Shown one piece after another: positions 1 through 9,882 of a stretch of 64,000 bases of DNA. The position numbers and the translations under genes are program-made. The first letter of the stretch is position 1. Every line of letters starts with the position of its first letter. The notes below the pieces were generated by a model, which did no database searches, had not been told where the DNA came from, and worked only from the letters and a program-made list of their open reading frames with translations. This DNA is from an uncultured delta proteobacterium (GTDB lineage: Bacteria > Desulfobacterota > Desulfobacteria > Desulfobacterales > QNYZ01). The stretch lies in contig CAWJQU010000008.1 of assembly GCA_963845145.1 (NCBI GenBank), positions 256,001 through 320,000 of the forward strand, in the 5' to 3' direction.

Positions 1-1346
1 ACCTCATCGAGAGCCAATTCGGTAAACCCAATGACAGAAGAGAGGATATTATTAAAGTCATGGGCGATTCCTCCCGCCAGATTGCCGATGGATTCCATTT
101 TTTGCGACTGCTGAAGGCGGGATTCTATTTTTTTCCTTTTGGTAATGTCGCGGGCAATAGCCGCAAAAAACCGATTTTCCATTAACATCCAAGTGGACAA
201 CGAAAGTTCGAGCGGAAAGACAGTCTTATCTTTTCTTAAGCCTTCGAGTTCGATGGTTTTGCCGATAAGTTTTTTTTCACTGGTTGCGACTAGTCGCCGC
301 ATGCCCTCTCTGTGGGCCTGACGATAATGATCGGGCATTAGCAGAGTAACTGGCTGACCAATAACCTCAGCGGCGCTAAAACCAAAAATCTTATGAGCAC
401 CATCATTCCAGGTGGTGATGAAGCCGTTTTCATCGGTAACCACAATCCCGTCAGGAGCGGATTCAATCAGTGAGCGAAAACGTTTTTCACTATCGCGAAT
501 GGCTTCCTCCGCCAGTTTACGCTCGTTGATGTCAATCAAAATGCCTTCATAGCGAAGAATTTTTCCATTTTCATCAAAAAAGGCCCGGCTGCTGCAGGAT
601 ACCCATATGGGAGAGCCATCCTTGCGCTTGGCTCTAAACTCATAATTTTCTATGGTTCCTTTTTGTTGCAGGATTTGATGGTAATACGTCCTATCCCGAG
701 GGTTCACATAATATTGTAATGCGATATCAGAGGTATTTGAAATGAGTTCTTCCGGTGATTCATATCCGATTATCTTCGCAAAAGCGGGGTTTACCGATAT
801 AAATTCACCGCTGGGTGTGCTTTGGAAAAAACCTTCGATCGCATTCTCAAAAAGAGAGCGATATTTGATTTCACTTTCTCGTAAGGCCGTCTCCGCCAGC
901 TTACGGTCCGATATATCTTGCCCCATTGTCAGTAGATAGCGCCCGCCACTCAACGTAACGATGACAACCGTCATTAAAACATTAGAAATTTCTCCCGATT
1001 TCCGACGAATAAGGACTTCACCCTGGGCAAACCCCTTATTGTTCATCGTTTCGATTAACTGTTCTCTTTGCTTCGGGTTAACCCAAAGATTGAGGTCATA
1101 AACTTCGCGACCTACCGCCTCTCCATGTGTATAGACAGTCAACTCTTGCCAGGCTTCGTTAACTTCAACCAGTCGGTTATCCTCAATCCTGGTCAATGCT
1201 ATAGCCGCAGGATTGTTATTGAAGATCGTTGAAAAACGCTCCTCGCTTTCCCGAAGTGCCTCTTCAGATTGTTTTAGTCCTCTTTCCGCTTCCTCCAATT
1301 CCTTAATGCGTTGTTCTAATTCTTCATAGGTAAACTTTTTAGTCAT
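1..1346 (-). CDS. Multi-PAS sensor histidine kinase, 3' end beyond window start
   Basis: Absent from the ORF track. Manual translation from ATG 1346 gives MTKKFTYEELEQRIKELE..., then PAS-like segments, and an in-frame H-box QSQKMESIGNLAGGIAHDFNNIL near the window edge. Confidence 0.9.
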   Translation of the reverse strand, partial: MTKKFTYEELEQRIKELEEAERGLKQSEEALRESEERFSTIFNNNPAAIALTRIEDNRLVEVNEAWQELTVYTHGEAVGREVYDLNLWVNPKQREQLIETMNNKGFAQGEVLIRRKSGEISNVLMTVVIVTLSGGRYLLTMGQDISDRKLAETALRESEIKYRSLFENAIEGFFQSTPSGEFISVNPAFAKIIGYESPEELISNTSDIALQYYVNPRDRTYYHQILQQKGTIENYEFRAKRKDGSPIWVSCSSRAFFDENGKILRYEGILIDINERKLAEEAIRDSEKRFRSLIESAPDGIVVTDENGFITTWNDGAHKIFGFSAAEVIGQPVTLLMPDHYRQAHREGMRRLVATSEKKLIGKTIELEGLRKDKTVFPLELSLSTWMLMENRFFAAIARDITKRKKIESRLQQSQKMESIGNLAGGIAHDFNNILSSVIGFTELALDE

Positions 1347-1752
1347 CTACACCACCTGTGTGTTCATGATTGGTTGTCCATCCGATATGCGTTATTATCG
1401 TTAAACCATATCAGATTATAATCTAAACAAATGACAGTTATTTTCGCGGCAAACCAATGGAAGGATCATTTAATCGTGTGAAGTGGGCAAACCCGAATCT
1501 GAAGTAGAATGTAAATGTCGTTAAGTATTATCAGGAATTGACAAATACCTCAAGACGCTGCATGTCAGGTTTACGAATATCGAGAATTGGCAGTATGTTA
1601 TAGAAGAGGTTTCAACGAGGCCTTAATGCTGTTTATTTAATGCTTAGCGTTTATGAAACGGCAGGATCAAAACCGGACATATATCTTGACAAACTTGTGA
1701 TAATGGATGCGTTTTTTTGTAGCAGGTTCGACGCCTTCGATATCAACCAAGA

Positions 1753-3225
1753 CTACAATATCGCCGCTTCAAAGCCCGAAACATTGTCATCCAAGTCAGG
1801 ATAATGGACCCGTTTCTTGGCGGCCGCATCGACCACTTTTTCCCATTTCATGTAAGCATCAACATTTTTTAAGGTGTGGTCGGCGCTTTTAGGGTTACCC
1901 TTTTCGGCGATTTCGCGAATGCCGTCAAAGGCTTGGTCATCTGCAGGGAAGTAGAGGGGGAAAACACCATGAGCGAATTTTCTTTCTCGAAATCGTTTTT
2001 CGGCCACCCTTTCAGCCCGACAGTCTTCGGTAAATTTTTCAAGACTGAAAAAATTGAGACTGCCCAGCGCTCCCATGGCGTGCCGTACGATATGAACCCC
2101 ATACTTTCGTAAAATATCACGGCTCAATTCAGACTCATCGATAGCGGCCCGGCTCACCTCGGTGAGACTGGTACTGCCCCCCGACTGGGCCGTAGGAAAT
2201 CCGGTGACCCAAAGATTGACCCGCGCCATAGCGGCATTTAAAAGCGGTTGCGATGGTGAGCTGTAGGACAGGTCCCCATCAGGGCCCACCACATCCGGAA
2301 TACCGCCGTGAACGCAAGAAATTCCCGGGGATAGGGTTTGGGCCAATACCATCATAAACAATACTTGGGCGTGAATCTGGGTCAGCAAAGCTTCAGGACT
2401 CACCGGACCGGAAACCCCGGCGATAGTGAGATCAAGCAAGAGCAAATTGTTTCCGAGGCGAACACTGCGCAGGAATGGATCGACCATGCTCTTCATTACT
2501 CCCAAAGCGGTGACCAGGCTGGTTCCGTCAAGCCAGTCATCTTTTCCTTTCAAAAAGCGCGCCTCGTCATCGGTCATATAACAAGTAGCCGTCATTTTAA
2601 GGCCGCTGAACTCCCTATCCATCAATCGGGCAACTTCTCCGCCGGAAACACTTCTGTCAGTGGCAACGGGCAGGCTGAAGATTTTAACCACATCCTCATA
2701 GTTAGCGGCTTCTTTTACGATCTGTTCAAATTCATGCCGATTGGCCGGACGCAAGTCATCATTTTCAGGTCGTTTTAGAAAAGGGGGAGTGGCACCAGTG
2801 CCAAACGCGTTTGGACCGGGATCGGTCCTCATTTTTCGAGGCGCTTTATCAAGGCAGCGGTCGATGTAATCGGCTTTAATGGGAATAAAAATCGCGGACT
2901 CATTGTCAAAATCAACGGCATCCGCAGCAAGGAGTAAATCCATCAATTGGGGATTTTGGGCAACATCCACACCGATTTCGGAGAGTACCCGTTTGCCGTT
3001 ACGGTGAATCCGCTCGTAGATTCGCTTTTCCGCGATCAGGCCATCTATTTCGGCCAGACGCTCTCGGACGCGATTTAAAAGGGCGGCCCCTTTTAAATCC
3101 TTCGCCAACGCCAGATACATTTCTTTGGCACGCTCAAAATTAAAGCGGGCCTCCTGGCCGAGGGCCCCATTAAATAAGTCATGGGCCTTGACTTCAAATG
3201 AAGACCGATCCTTGGATCCTGCCAT
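1753..3225 (-). CDS. Divergent trimethylamine/glycine betaine methyltransferase (MttB superfamily, no pyrrolysine) with N-terminal helical extension
   Basis: MttB-like segments ERIHRNGKRVLSEIGV, LDKAPR, FGTGATPPF and IAGVSGPVSPEALLTQIHAQVL...PG. No in-frame TAG. Lies in a betaine locus. Confidence 0.7.
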   Translation of the reverse strand: MAGSKDRSSFEVKAHDLFNGALGQEARFNFERAKEMYLALAKDLKGAALLNRVRERLAEIDGLIAEKRIYERIHRNGKRVLSEIGVDVAQNPQLMDLLLAADAVDFDNESAIFIPIKADYIDRCLDKAPRKMRTDPGPNAFGTGATPPFLKRPENDDLRPANRHEFEQIVKEAANYEDVVKIFSLPVATDRSVSGGEVARLMDREFSGLKMTATCYMTDDEARFLKGKDDWLDGTSLVTALGVMKSMVDPFLRSVRLGNNLLLLDLTIAGVSGPVSPEALLTQIHAQVLFMMVLAQTLSPGISCVHGGIPDVVGPDGDLSYSSPSQPLLNAAMARVNLWVTGFPTAQSGGSTSLTEVSRAAIDESELSRDILRKYGVHIVRHAMGALGSLNFFSLEKFTEDCRAERVAEKRFRERKFAHGVFPLYFPADDQAFDGIREIAEKGNPKSADHTLKNVDAYMKWEKVVDAAAKKRVHYPDLDDNVSGFEAAIL

Positions 3226-3244
3226 TTAATCTATCCTTTAGGTT

Positions 3245-3673
3245 TTATTCCCAACCCCTTTCAAAACGGGGCAGGTCGTCTGTTATTTCATAATAATCGC
3301 TTTGCTGGCTCAACCAGATATGCCCCATGGTTCTTAGTCCGGTCGGTTCATCCAGAGACCCGGCCGCAACGGCGATATATTTCCGGCCCTTGGGATGCCA
3401 GAATATGGACGACCCGCATTGGTGGCAAAACCCGCGATGAACATCGGGGGTCTCGTCCGTCACAGAGCGGTACCATCTTAAACCGGACTCCTTGGTCAAT
3501 CGCAGGGCTTCATAGGCAATACTAGTATAGGCCCCGAAATTACCGTGAAACCGACGACATTTGGAACAATGACAATTAACGATTTTCCTGAGCGATCCGT
3601 TGATTTCATAGCGCACCTCGCCGCAGAGACAGCCTCCGGTTACCTTGGCTTCGGCATTGTTTAGATCGTTCAT
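3245..3673 (-). CDS. GFA (glutathione-dependent formaldehyde-activating/CENP-V) family Zn protein
   Basis: GGCLCG, CHCSKCRR and RGFCHQCGS motifs. Start placed at the ATG downstream of AGGAG (ORF track start is 3691). Confidence 0.9.
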   Translation of the reverse strand: MNDLNNAEAKVTGGCLCGEVRYEINGSLRKIVNCHCSKCRRFHGNFGAYTSIAYEALRLTKESGLRWYRSVTDETPDVHRGFCHQCGSSIFWHPKGRKYIAVAAGSLDEPTGLRTMGHIWLSQQSDYYEITDDLPRFERGWE

Positions 3674-3709
3674 TCTCTCTTCTCCTCGCATTGATGCGAT
3701 TGATTAGGA

Positions 3710-4666
3710 TTACAATCGTTTTTTAAGAACTTCCGTTAGCATGGGAACCACTTCGAACATATCCCCGACAATCCCATAATCGCATTTTTGGAAAATGGGT
3801 GCATCCTTATCGGAATTGATGGCCACGATCACCTTGGATGTTTTCATACCGGCGAAATGTTGCACGGATCCGGAAAGGCCGCAACCGATATACAACCGCG
3901 GGCTAACCGTTTTACCGGTCTGGCCCACCTGCATGCCGTGTGGTGCAAAACCGGCATCCACTGCTGCCCGGGATGCACCGACCGCGGCCCCAATCAGCCG
4001 GGCACACGCCTCAAGCATCCCATAATTTTCAGCCGATCCAATTGGCCGGCCGCCGGTGATTATGACCTCCGCCTCCGTCAGGTCCACAGAGCCCGTGTCT
4101 CCTTTTTTCTCTTCAACAATCTTGATGCTTGGAAAAGAATCGATCTGAACACTCACGGTTTCTTCCAGAAGATCACCCGGCGCTTCTTCGGCTTCGATGG
4201 CATTGGGCCGAATCGTACAGAGCCAAAATTTTCCATCAACCTTGATGGTCGCGATGGTTTTACCGGAAAAATGGGATTTTTGCGCCGTTTGATTGGCAAA
4301 ATCGATACCGAAACAATCTGAAACCAGGGGGATTTGCATGATAGCCGCCACCCGCGCAAAGAGATCTCTGCCGGTGGCGCTTGCCAAACCAAACATTCCG
4401 TCCAATTCCAGTTCACCGGCGATAGCCACAAGTGCCTTGGCCTGCAGATCCGGATTGAGTGAAAAATCGCCCTGCTTATTCGCCAAATAAACGATCTTAT
4501 TTACCCCATATGGTTGCAGCGCGCTTTTCCCCTCAATAACCTTTTCATCCATAATCAGGGCCACCACTTCATTCTCGCCGGAATGCCGTGCAGCCGCAAT
4601 GACCCCCAAATTGGTCTTTTTAATCTCACTGTTTTCCGATTCAATGACGACGCCGATCTTGGCCAT
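3710..4666 (-). CDS. etfA: Electron transfer flavoprotein alpha subunit
   Basis: VGASRAAVDAG, QVGQTGKTVSP, GLSGSVQHFAGM and AINSDKDAPIF motifs. Confidence 0.95.
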   Translation of the reverse strand: MAKIGVVIESENSEIKKTNLGVIAAARHSGENEVVALIMDEKVIEGKSALQPYGVNKIVYLANKQGDFSLNPDLQAKALVAIAGELELDGMFGLASATGRDLFARVAAIMQIPLVSDCFGIDFANQTAQKSHFSGKTIATIKVDGKFWLCTIRPNAIEAEEAPGDLLEETVSVQIDSFPSIKIVEEKKGDTGSVDLTEAEVIITGGRPIGSAENYGMLEACARLIGAAVGASRAAVDAGFAPHGMQVGQTGKTVSPRLYIGCGLSGSVQHFAGMKTSKVIVAINSDKDAPIFQKCDYGIVGDMFEVVPMLTEVLKKRL

Positions 4667-4694
4667 TATGCATTACTCCTTTATATTTTTAGCA

Positions 4695-5468
4695 TTAAAG
4701 CACTTTTTCCTGATTTTTTAAAATATCGAATAGTTCGTCGACCTGATCGTTCAGTGACCCGCCCAGGATTTGCGCCGCCTTCCTCTCGGGAACGGATTCA
4801 AGACTGGCCAATGCAGACGCGTGAGAAGCTTGTTCCAAATCCAGATCGGTCAGCTCGATCGTTTTGATCTCCTTTTTTTTGGCTTTCATGATATCGGGAA
4901 ATTTAGGGTACCGAGGCTCGTTTAACCCCTTGGTGGCGCCAATAACTGCAGGCAGCCCCATTTCGATGACCTGGCGGGTGCCGCCGCCAATCTCTTTTTC
5001 AACCATGGCGCGACCATCGCCAATATCCAGCTTTACGACTTCATTGACCACCGGATATTCCAGCGCAGCGGCGAGGTGGTAAAGCGTCTGCACCCCTTCC
5101 GTATCCACGGCACTTTTGCCACCCAAAATAAGATCCGGTTGTCCGTCTGCCACGATAGCGGCTTTCAGGGCCATGGCCGTGGTGATGCTGTCTAAAAACT
5201 GTTGATCATGTTTCACCAGAATTGCCCGATGGGCCCCCATGGCCATAGCGCTTCGAATCGTGGTCACAGCCGCTTCCGGCCCGACCGTGACCGCCACAAT
5301 CTCCCCGCTGCCCTCTTTTTCAACCCATTGAGCGGCCGCTTCCAGAGCGTATTCATCATAGGGGTTGATGATAAAATTGCAGGCCGTGTCGTTAAACTCA
5401 GTCTCACCAACGAGTTTAATGGATACGGCTGTGTCGGGCACGTGTTTGACACAAACATAAATTTGCAT
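4695..5468 (-). CDS. etfB: Electron transfer flavoprotein beta subunit
   Basis: VCVKHVPD, INPYDEYALE and LNEPRYP motifs. Adjacent to etfA. Confidence 0.95.
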   Translation of the reverse strand: MQIYVCVKHVPDTAVSIKLVGETEFNDTACNFIINPYDEYALEAAAQWVEKEGSGEIVAVTVGPEAAVTTIRSAMAMGAHRAILVKHDQQFLDSITTAMALKAAIVADGQPDLILGGKSAVDTEGVQTLYHLAAALEYPVVNEVVKLDIGDGRAMVEKEIGGGTRQVIEMGLPAVIGATKGLNEPRYPKFPDIMKAKKKEIKTIELTDLDLEQASHASALASLESVPERKAAQILGGSLNDQVDELFDILKNQEKVL

Positions 5469-5477
5469 GAGGATTTC

Positions 5478-5519
5478 CTTTTGTTAACCCTTTCGACGCT
5501 TTTGTTAACCCTTTTGACG
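5478..5519. repeat. 21-bp tandem duplication upstream of etfB
   Basis: cttttgttaaccctttcgacg followed by cttttgttaacccttttgacg (1 mismatch). Confidence 0.85.
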
Positions 5520-5548
5520 TATGTCTAAACAACGAAAAAACCGATACA

Positions 5549-7972
5549 TTACTCCTTCATTCGATCATTATTCGGATCGTACAACGGCATGTCGACAACT
5601 TTCGCTGCCAGCTTTTTTCCCAGCACTTCCACCTGAAGATCGATGCCGGCCAGGGCCAGCTCCTTCGGTACATAGCCCAGGGCAATGCTTCTTTCCAACC
5701 GATGGCCATATCCACCGGAGGACGTCATCCCGACGCGCTTATCGTCTTTAAATATCGGGTTATATCCCCAGGGATCGGCATATTCTGCATCCACCACCAG
5801 GCCCACCAATTTTTGGGTGATACCCGCGGCTTTGATCTTTTCGAGGGCCTCTTTGCCGATAAAATCCTTTTTCCATTTAACCACCCAGGCAATGTCGGTT
5901 TCAAGGGGGGTATGATGCCGATTCATCTCAGCTTTCCAGGCCAGATACCCTTTTTCCAACCGCATGGATTCCATGGCGTGCATGCCGACCATTTTAAGGT
6001 TGTATTCATCTTTAACGGACATCAAGGTGGTGTAAACGGCTATCTGGGATTCAATGGGATGAAAGATCTCATACCCCAATTCACCCAGGTAGTTCATTCG
6101 ATTGACGATACATTGAGTCCGCCCCACATAGAGTTTGCGGGTTGTAGCAAAGGGAAACACGTCTGCGGAAACATCGCCGTAGACGACTTTGCATAGGAGG
6201 TCACGGCTCTTGGGGCCCGCAATGACAAAGCACCCCATTTGATAGGTCAGGTCTTCCATTACCACCGAACCGTCTTCGGGCAGGTTCTGCAGCATCCAGT
6301 GTTGATCATGCCGTTTACCGACACTGGCCGTTACGCAAAAGTATTCCTTCTCGTTTAATTTGGTAACAGTCATGTCACTTTTAAAGGCACCGCTTGCATC
6401 CAGCATGGGTGCCAGAACAATGGGTCCCACGGCTTTGGGGATCTTCTGGCAAGTCATTTTGTTCAACCAGGCTTCGGCCCCTGGACCACTGATCTTGGTT
6501 TTCGCAAACCGGGTCAGGTCAACCAAGCCCACATGATTCATCACATGCCGGCACTCCTCACCGACATATTTAAAGGCATTGGTCCGTCGCCAGCTTGGGT
6601 TTTCATAGCTGTCGGTCACTTCGGAAGTGAAGTAGTTGGGGCATTCCCATCCGAAATAATCGCCGAATACCGCACCGGCCTGCTTTTGATATTCGTAAAT
6701 GGGGCTGGTGCGGTTGGGTCGAGCGGCATCCCGCCATTCGTTGCCATAGATAATGCTATACAATCGGGGGTAAGTGTCCTCGATTTTTTCATGGTTATAG
6801 GCCCAATTGGCATAAGAGCCATACCGGCGACTGTCCATGGGCCACAGATCGATCTCGGGTTCGCCGTTCATGATCCACCCGGCGATATAGTGTCCGATAC
6901 CCCCGGCCTGGGTGACGCCAAAGCTGTACCCACAAGCCAAAAAATAGTTTTTCAATGGATAGGCCGGCCCAACCAGCGGATTGCCGTTTGGTGTATAGGT
7001 GATCGGCCCCACGGTAACATGCTTAAAGCCCGTTTCGCCCATGATTGGAAAGCGGTCAATGCCGTTTTCGATAAAATCGGAGATATGGTCAATATCCGGT
7101 TGCAACTCGGACAGAGCATAATCCCAAGGCACACCATCGGGATACCATTGCTTTATTTTGCCTTCGTAAAGGCCTAAAATCAGGCTGTCCATCTCCTGAC
7201 GAATATAAATGGAACGGTCAGGGTCTCGGACCAGCGGTAAGAATTTTTCACGATCCGACACGGCGTCTATCGCCTCAAATAGGATATGGGAATGCTCCCC
7301 GGCGATGGAAGGTATCTCCAGCCCGGCCATGGCCGCCACCTGGGGTGCCCACAAACCGGCAGCATTCACAACCCATTCGCAGGTGATATCCCCTTTTTCG
7401 GTATGCACGATCCATTCATCGTTGGCCTGTTGGGTTAATCCCGTTACCCGGGTGTGTTGAACGATCTCAGCCCCCTTTTTTCTGGCGCCAATAGCCATGG
7501 CCTGGGTCACGCTACTGGGGTCCACATCTCCATCATCGGGCCAATAAAGACCGCTGGTTATACCATCGACATTCATCAGTGGATGAAGTGCCGCGATTTC
7601 TTCTGGGCTCACCCAGGATACATCCAGCCCCAGACACCGGTTCATGCTGTACATATAACCCAGTTCATCCATACGGCCATCGTTGTCCGCCGTCCGAATA
7701 GAGCCGGTGGTGTGCCATCCAGGCGATTGTCCGGTTTCAGCTTCAAGCTGTTTATATAGCTCGACGCTTTTCATATTGACCCGGGTACAATAATAATCGC
7801 CATGAAAAAATGAACAATTCCCGGCAGCCATCCAGGTCGATCCCGACGTCAGTTCATGCTTGTCAATCAGCATCACATCATCCCATCCATACTTAGCCAA
7901 ATGGTACAAGATGCTAGCGCCAATCACACCTCCGCCGATAATGACAACCCTTGCCTGTGTTTTCATGATCAT
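5549..7972 (-). CDS. GcvT-family FAD-dependent oxidoreductase (dimethylglycine/sarcosine dehydrogenase-like)
   Basis: N-terminal IIGGGVIG and ELTSGSTW, GPITYTPNGNPLVG, and a C-terminal aminomethyltransferase domain (NYLGELGYEI, SMRLEKGY). Followed by etfBA. Confidence 0.9.
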   Translation of the reverse strand: MIMKTQARVVIIGGGVIGASILYHLAKYGWDDVMLIDKHELTSGSTWMAAGNCSFFHGDYYCTRVNMKSVELYKQLEAETGQSPGWHTTGSIRTADNDGRMDELGYMYSMNRCLGLDVSWVSPEEIAALHPLMNVDGITSGLYWPDDGDVDPSSVTQAMAIGARKKGAEIVQHTRVTGLTQQANDEWIVHTEKGDITCEWVVNAAGLWAPQVAAMAGLEIPSIAGEHSHILFEAIDAVSDREKFLPLVRDPDRSIYIRQEMDSLILGLYEGKIKQWYPDGVPWDYALSELQPDIDHISDFIENGIDRFPIMGETGFKHVTVGPITYTPNGNPLVGPAYPLKNYFLACGYSFGVTQAGGIGHYIAGWIMNGEPEIDLWPMDSRRYGSYANWAYNHEKIEDTYPRLYSIIYGNEWRDAARPNRTSPIYEYQKQAGAVFGDYFGWECPNYFTSEVTDSYENPSWRRTNAFKYVGEECRHVMNHVGLVDLTRFAKTKISGPGAEAWLNKMTCQKIPKAVGPIVLAPMLDASGAFKSDMTVTKLNEKEYFCVTASVGKRHDQHWMLQNLPEDGSVVMEDLTYQMGCFVIAGPKSRDLLCKVVYGDVSADVFPFATTRKLYVGRTQCIVNRMNYLGELGYEIFHPIESQIAVYTTLMSVKDEYNLKMVGMHAMESMRLEKGYLAWKAEMNRHHTPLETDIAWVVKWKKDFIGKEALEKIKAAGITQKLVGLVVDAEYADPWGYNPIFKDDKRVGMTSSGGYGHRLERSIALGYVPKELALAGIDLQVEVLGKKLAAKVVDMPLYDPNNDRMKE

Positions 7973-8060
7973 AGCCCCCTTAGGTTACCCGTTGTTAGCT
8001 TTATATAGCGTCCTTTCCAGGTTTGTATCACCATTTATACTCAGGAAAAAATAAAATTAT

Positions 8061-8109
8061 TTGTCTGATGATATGATTATCAGTTGACATAGTCGTGCCA
8101 TTATGTCAA
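8061..8109. promoter_or_regulatory. Candidate operators in the divergent dehydrogenase/BCCT promoter region
   Basis: TTGTCTGATG at 8061-8070 and a perfect inverted repeat TTGACATA-N10-TATGTCAA at 8084-8109. Confidence 0.4.
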
Positions 8110-8222
8110 GAAAAATGGCCGGTTGAGATTATTTTTTCCAGTGAACGCATCTCGAATCACATCAAGCCGGGGGCTACCATCTCAAACCACACATCAATAG
8201 CATTCGCGAAAGGGGGAGAAAG

Positions 8223-9797
8223 ATGGATGAAGATCGTTCCAGATTAACCGTCAGGACCAACATGGGCCTTGAAATTTGCCCGCCGGTCTTTTGGATTTCC
8301 ACCATTCTTATCGTTGTGTTCATTGCGTTAACGCTGATCAATGTGAAAACGTCCAGCGCGGTATTTAACGCAGCCAAGTTTTGGGTCTGTGAATACACTG
8401 GTTGGTTTTTTGTGATTACCGTCAATCTAGTACTCGCCTATGCCTTTTGGCTGCTGTTCAGCAAGTACGGGCGGCTTCGCATCGGTGGGTCGGATGCTAA
8501 ACCGGAGTTTTCTACATTTGGGTGGTTTTCCATGCTTTTTAGCGCCGGGATGGGTATCGGCCTGTTGTTTTATGGTGTTGCCGAGCCCATCTACCATTAC
8601 ATGGCGCCACCGGCAATGGGGGTTGAGGCCAAAACGCTCGAGGCAGCAAAGCTTTCCATGGCCATTACCTTTTTTCACTGGGGCTTACACGCCTGGGGTG
8701 TTTACGCCCTGCTGGGTCTGGGTTTGGCATTTTTTGCTTTTACCCGAGGCCTGCCATTGACGATCCGCTCTATCTTTTACCCTGTTTTAGGGGACAAAAT
8801 TTACGGTCCCATCGGCCATGCCATTGATATTTTAGCAGCCCTGGCCACCCTGTTTGGTCTGGCAACTTCTCTGGGGCTAGGGGCCAACCAGATCGCGGCG
8901 GGATTTAATTATGTCTTCGGGCTGCCCAATACCCTTACCGTCCAGATCAGCCTGATCGTCATCATTACCGGCTGCGCAACGTTGTCGGTTGTGGCTGGTC
9001 TTGAGTCAGGCATCCAGCGGCTCAGCAAGATCAATTTTGTCCTGGCCGGTGCGTTGATGCTCTTTGTTTTTTTTGCTGGGCCCACCTTGTTTATCCTGAA
9101 CGCCATTCCCCAGAATATAGGTAATTATATGAAACATTTTGTTGAATTATCCTTCTGGACGGAGACGTATACCCAAACGAAGTGGCAAAACGGCTGGACG
9201 ATCTTTTATTGGGCTTGGTGGATTGCATGGGCTCCTTTTGTCGGCATGTTTATTGCCCGAATTTCCAAAGGACGAACCATCAAAGAATTTTTGCTGGGGG
9301 TTTTATTTGTCCCGGCCGCTGTGACCTTTATTTGGCTGACCATATTCGGTGGTTCAGCACTGTATGTTGAACTTTTTGGAGGTGGAGGAATATCCGATGC
9401 AGTTAACGCAAATGTAGCTACAGCCATGTATGCATTGTTTGAAAACTTTCCTTTAGCCAAAATCGCTTCTTTTATCGGCATTGCCGTGGTCTGGTTTTTC
9501 TTTGTCACCTCATCCGATTCGGCCTCTCTGGTCGTTGATATCATCACGGCCGGGGGACACCAGGAACCGCCGACGAGCCAACGCGTTTTCTGGGCCGGCG
9601 CCGAGGGATTATGCGCCGCCATATTATTGCTCGGTGGAGGATTGGGCGCATTGCAAACAGCTTGCATTGTCACTGGGCTGCCCTTTGCGATCGTTATATT
9701 GTTGATGCTTTTTAGTATGAAAAAAGGTCTGGATGAAGAATATGATAAAAACTTTGAGAATATAGAAGGTAAATCGACAGATGCTGTCGGCATCTGA
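8223..9797 (+). CDS. BCCT family (betaine/choline/carnitine) transporter
   Basis: WFSMLFSAGMGIGL, HWGLHAWGVYA and WTIFYWAWWIAWAPFVGMFIARISKGRT signatures, with many TM segments. Confidence 0.95.
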   Translation: MDEDRSRLTVRTNMGLEICPPVFWISTILIVVFIALTLINVKTSSAVFNAAKFWVCEYTGWFFVITVNLVLAYAFWLLFSKYGRLRIGGSDAKPEFSTFGWFSMLFSAGMGIGLLFYGVAEPIYHYMAPPAMGVEAKTLEAAKLSMAITFFHWGLHAWGVYALLGLGLAFFAFTRGLPLTIRSIFYPVLGDKIYGPIGHAIDILAALATLFGLATSLGLGANQIAAGFNYVFGLPNTLTVQISLIVIITGCATLSVVAGLESGIQRLSKINFVLAGALMLFVFFAGPTLFILNAIPQNIGNYMKHFVELSFWTETYTQTKWQNGWTIFYWAWWIAWAPFVGMFIARISKGRTIKEFLLGVLFVPAAVTFIWLTIFGGSALYVELFGGGGISDAVNANVATAMYALFENFPLAKIASFIGIAVVWFFFVTSSDSASLVVDIITAGGHQEPPTSQRVFWAGAEGLCAAILLLGGGLGALQTACIVTGLPFAIVILLMLFSMKKGLDEEYDKNFENIEGKSTDAVGI

Positions 9798-9882
9798 TAG
9801 TTTTTAACATCCCGGCCGAAAAGTGAATCAAAAGCAGACACTGAAAATTAAGCCATTATTCTGGCAAAGGAGGGTGATAATC

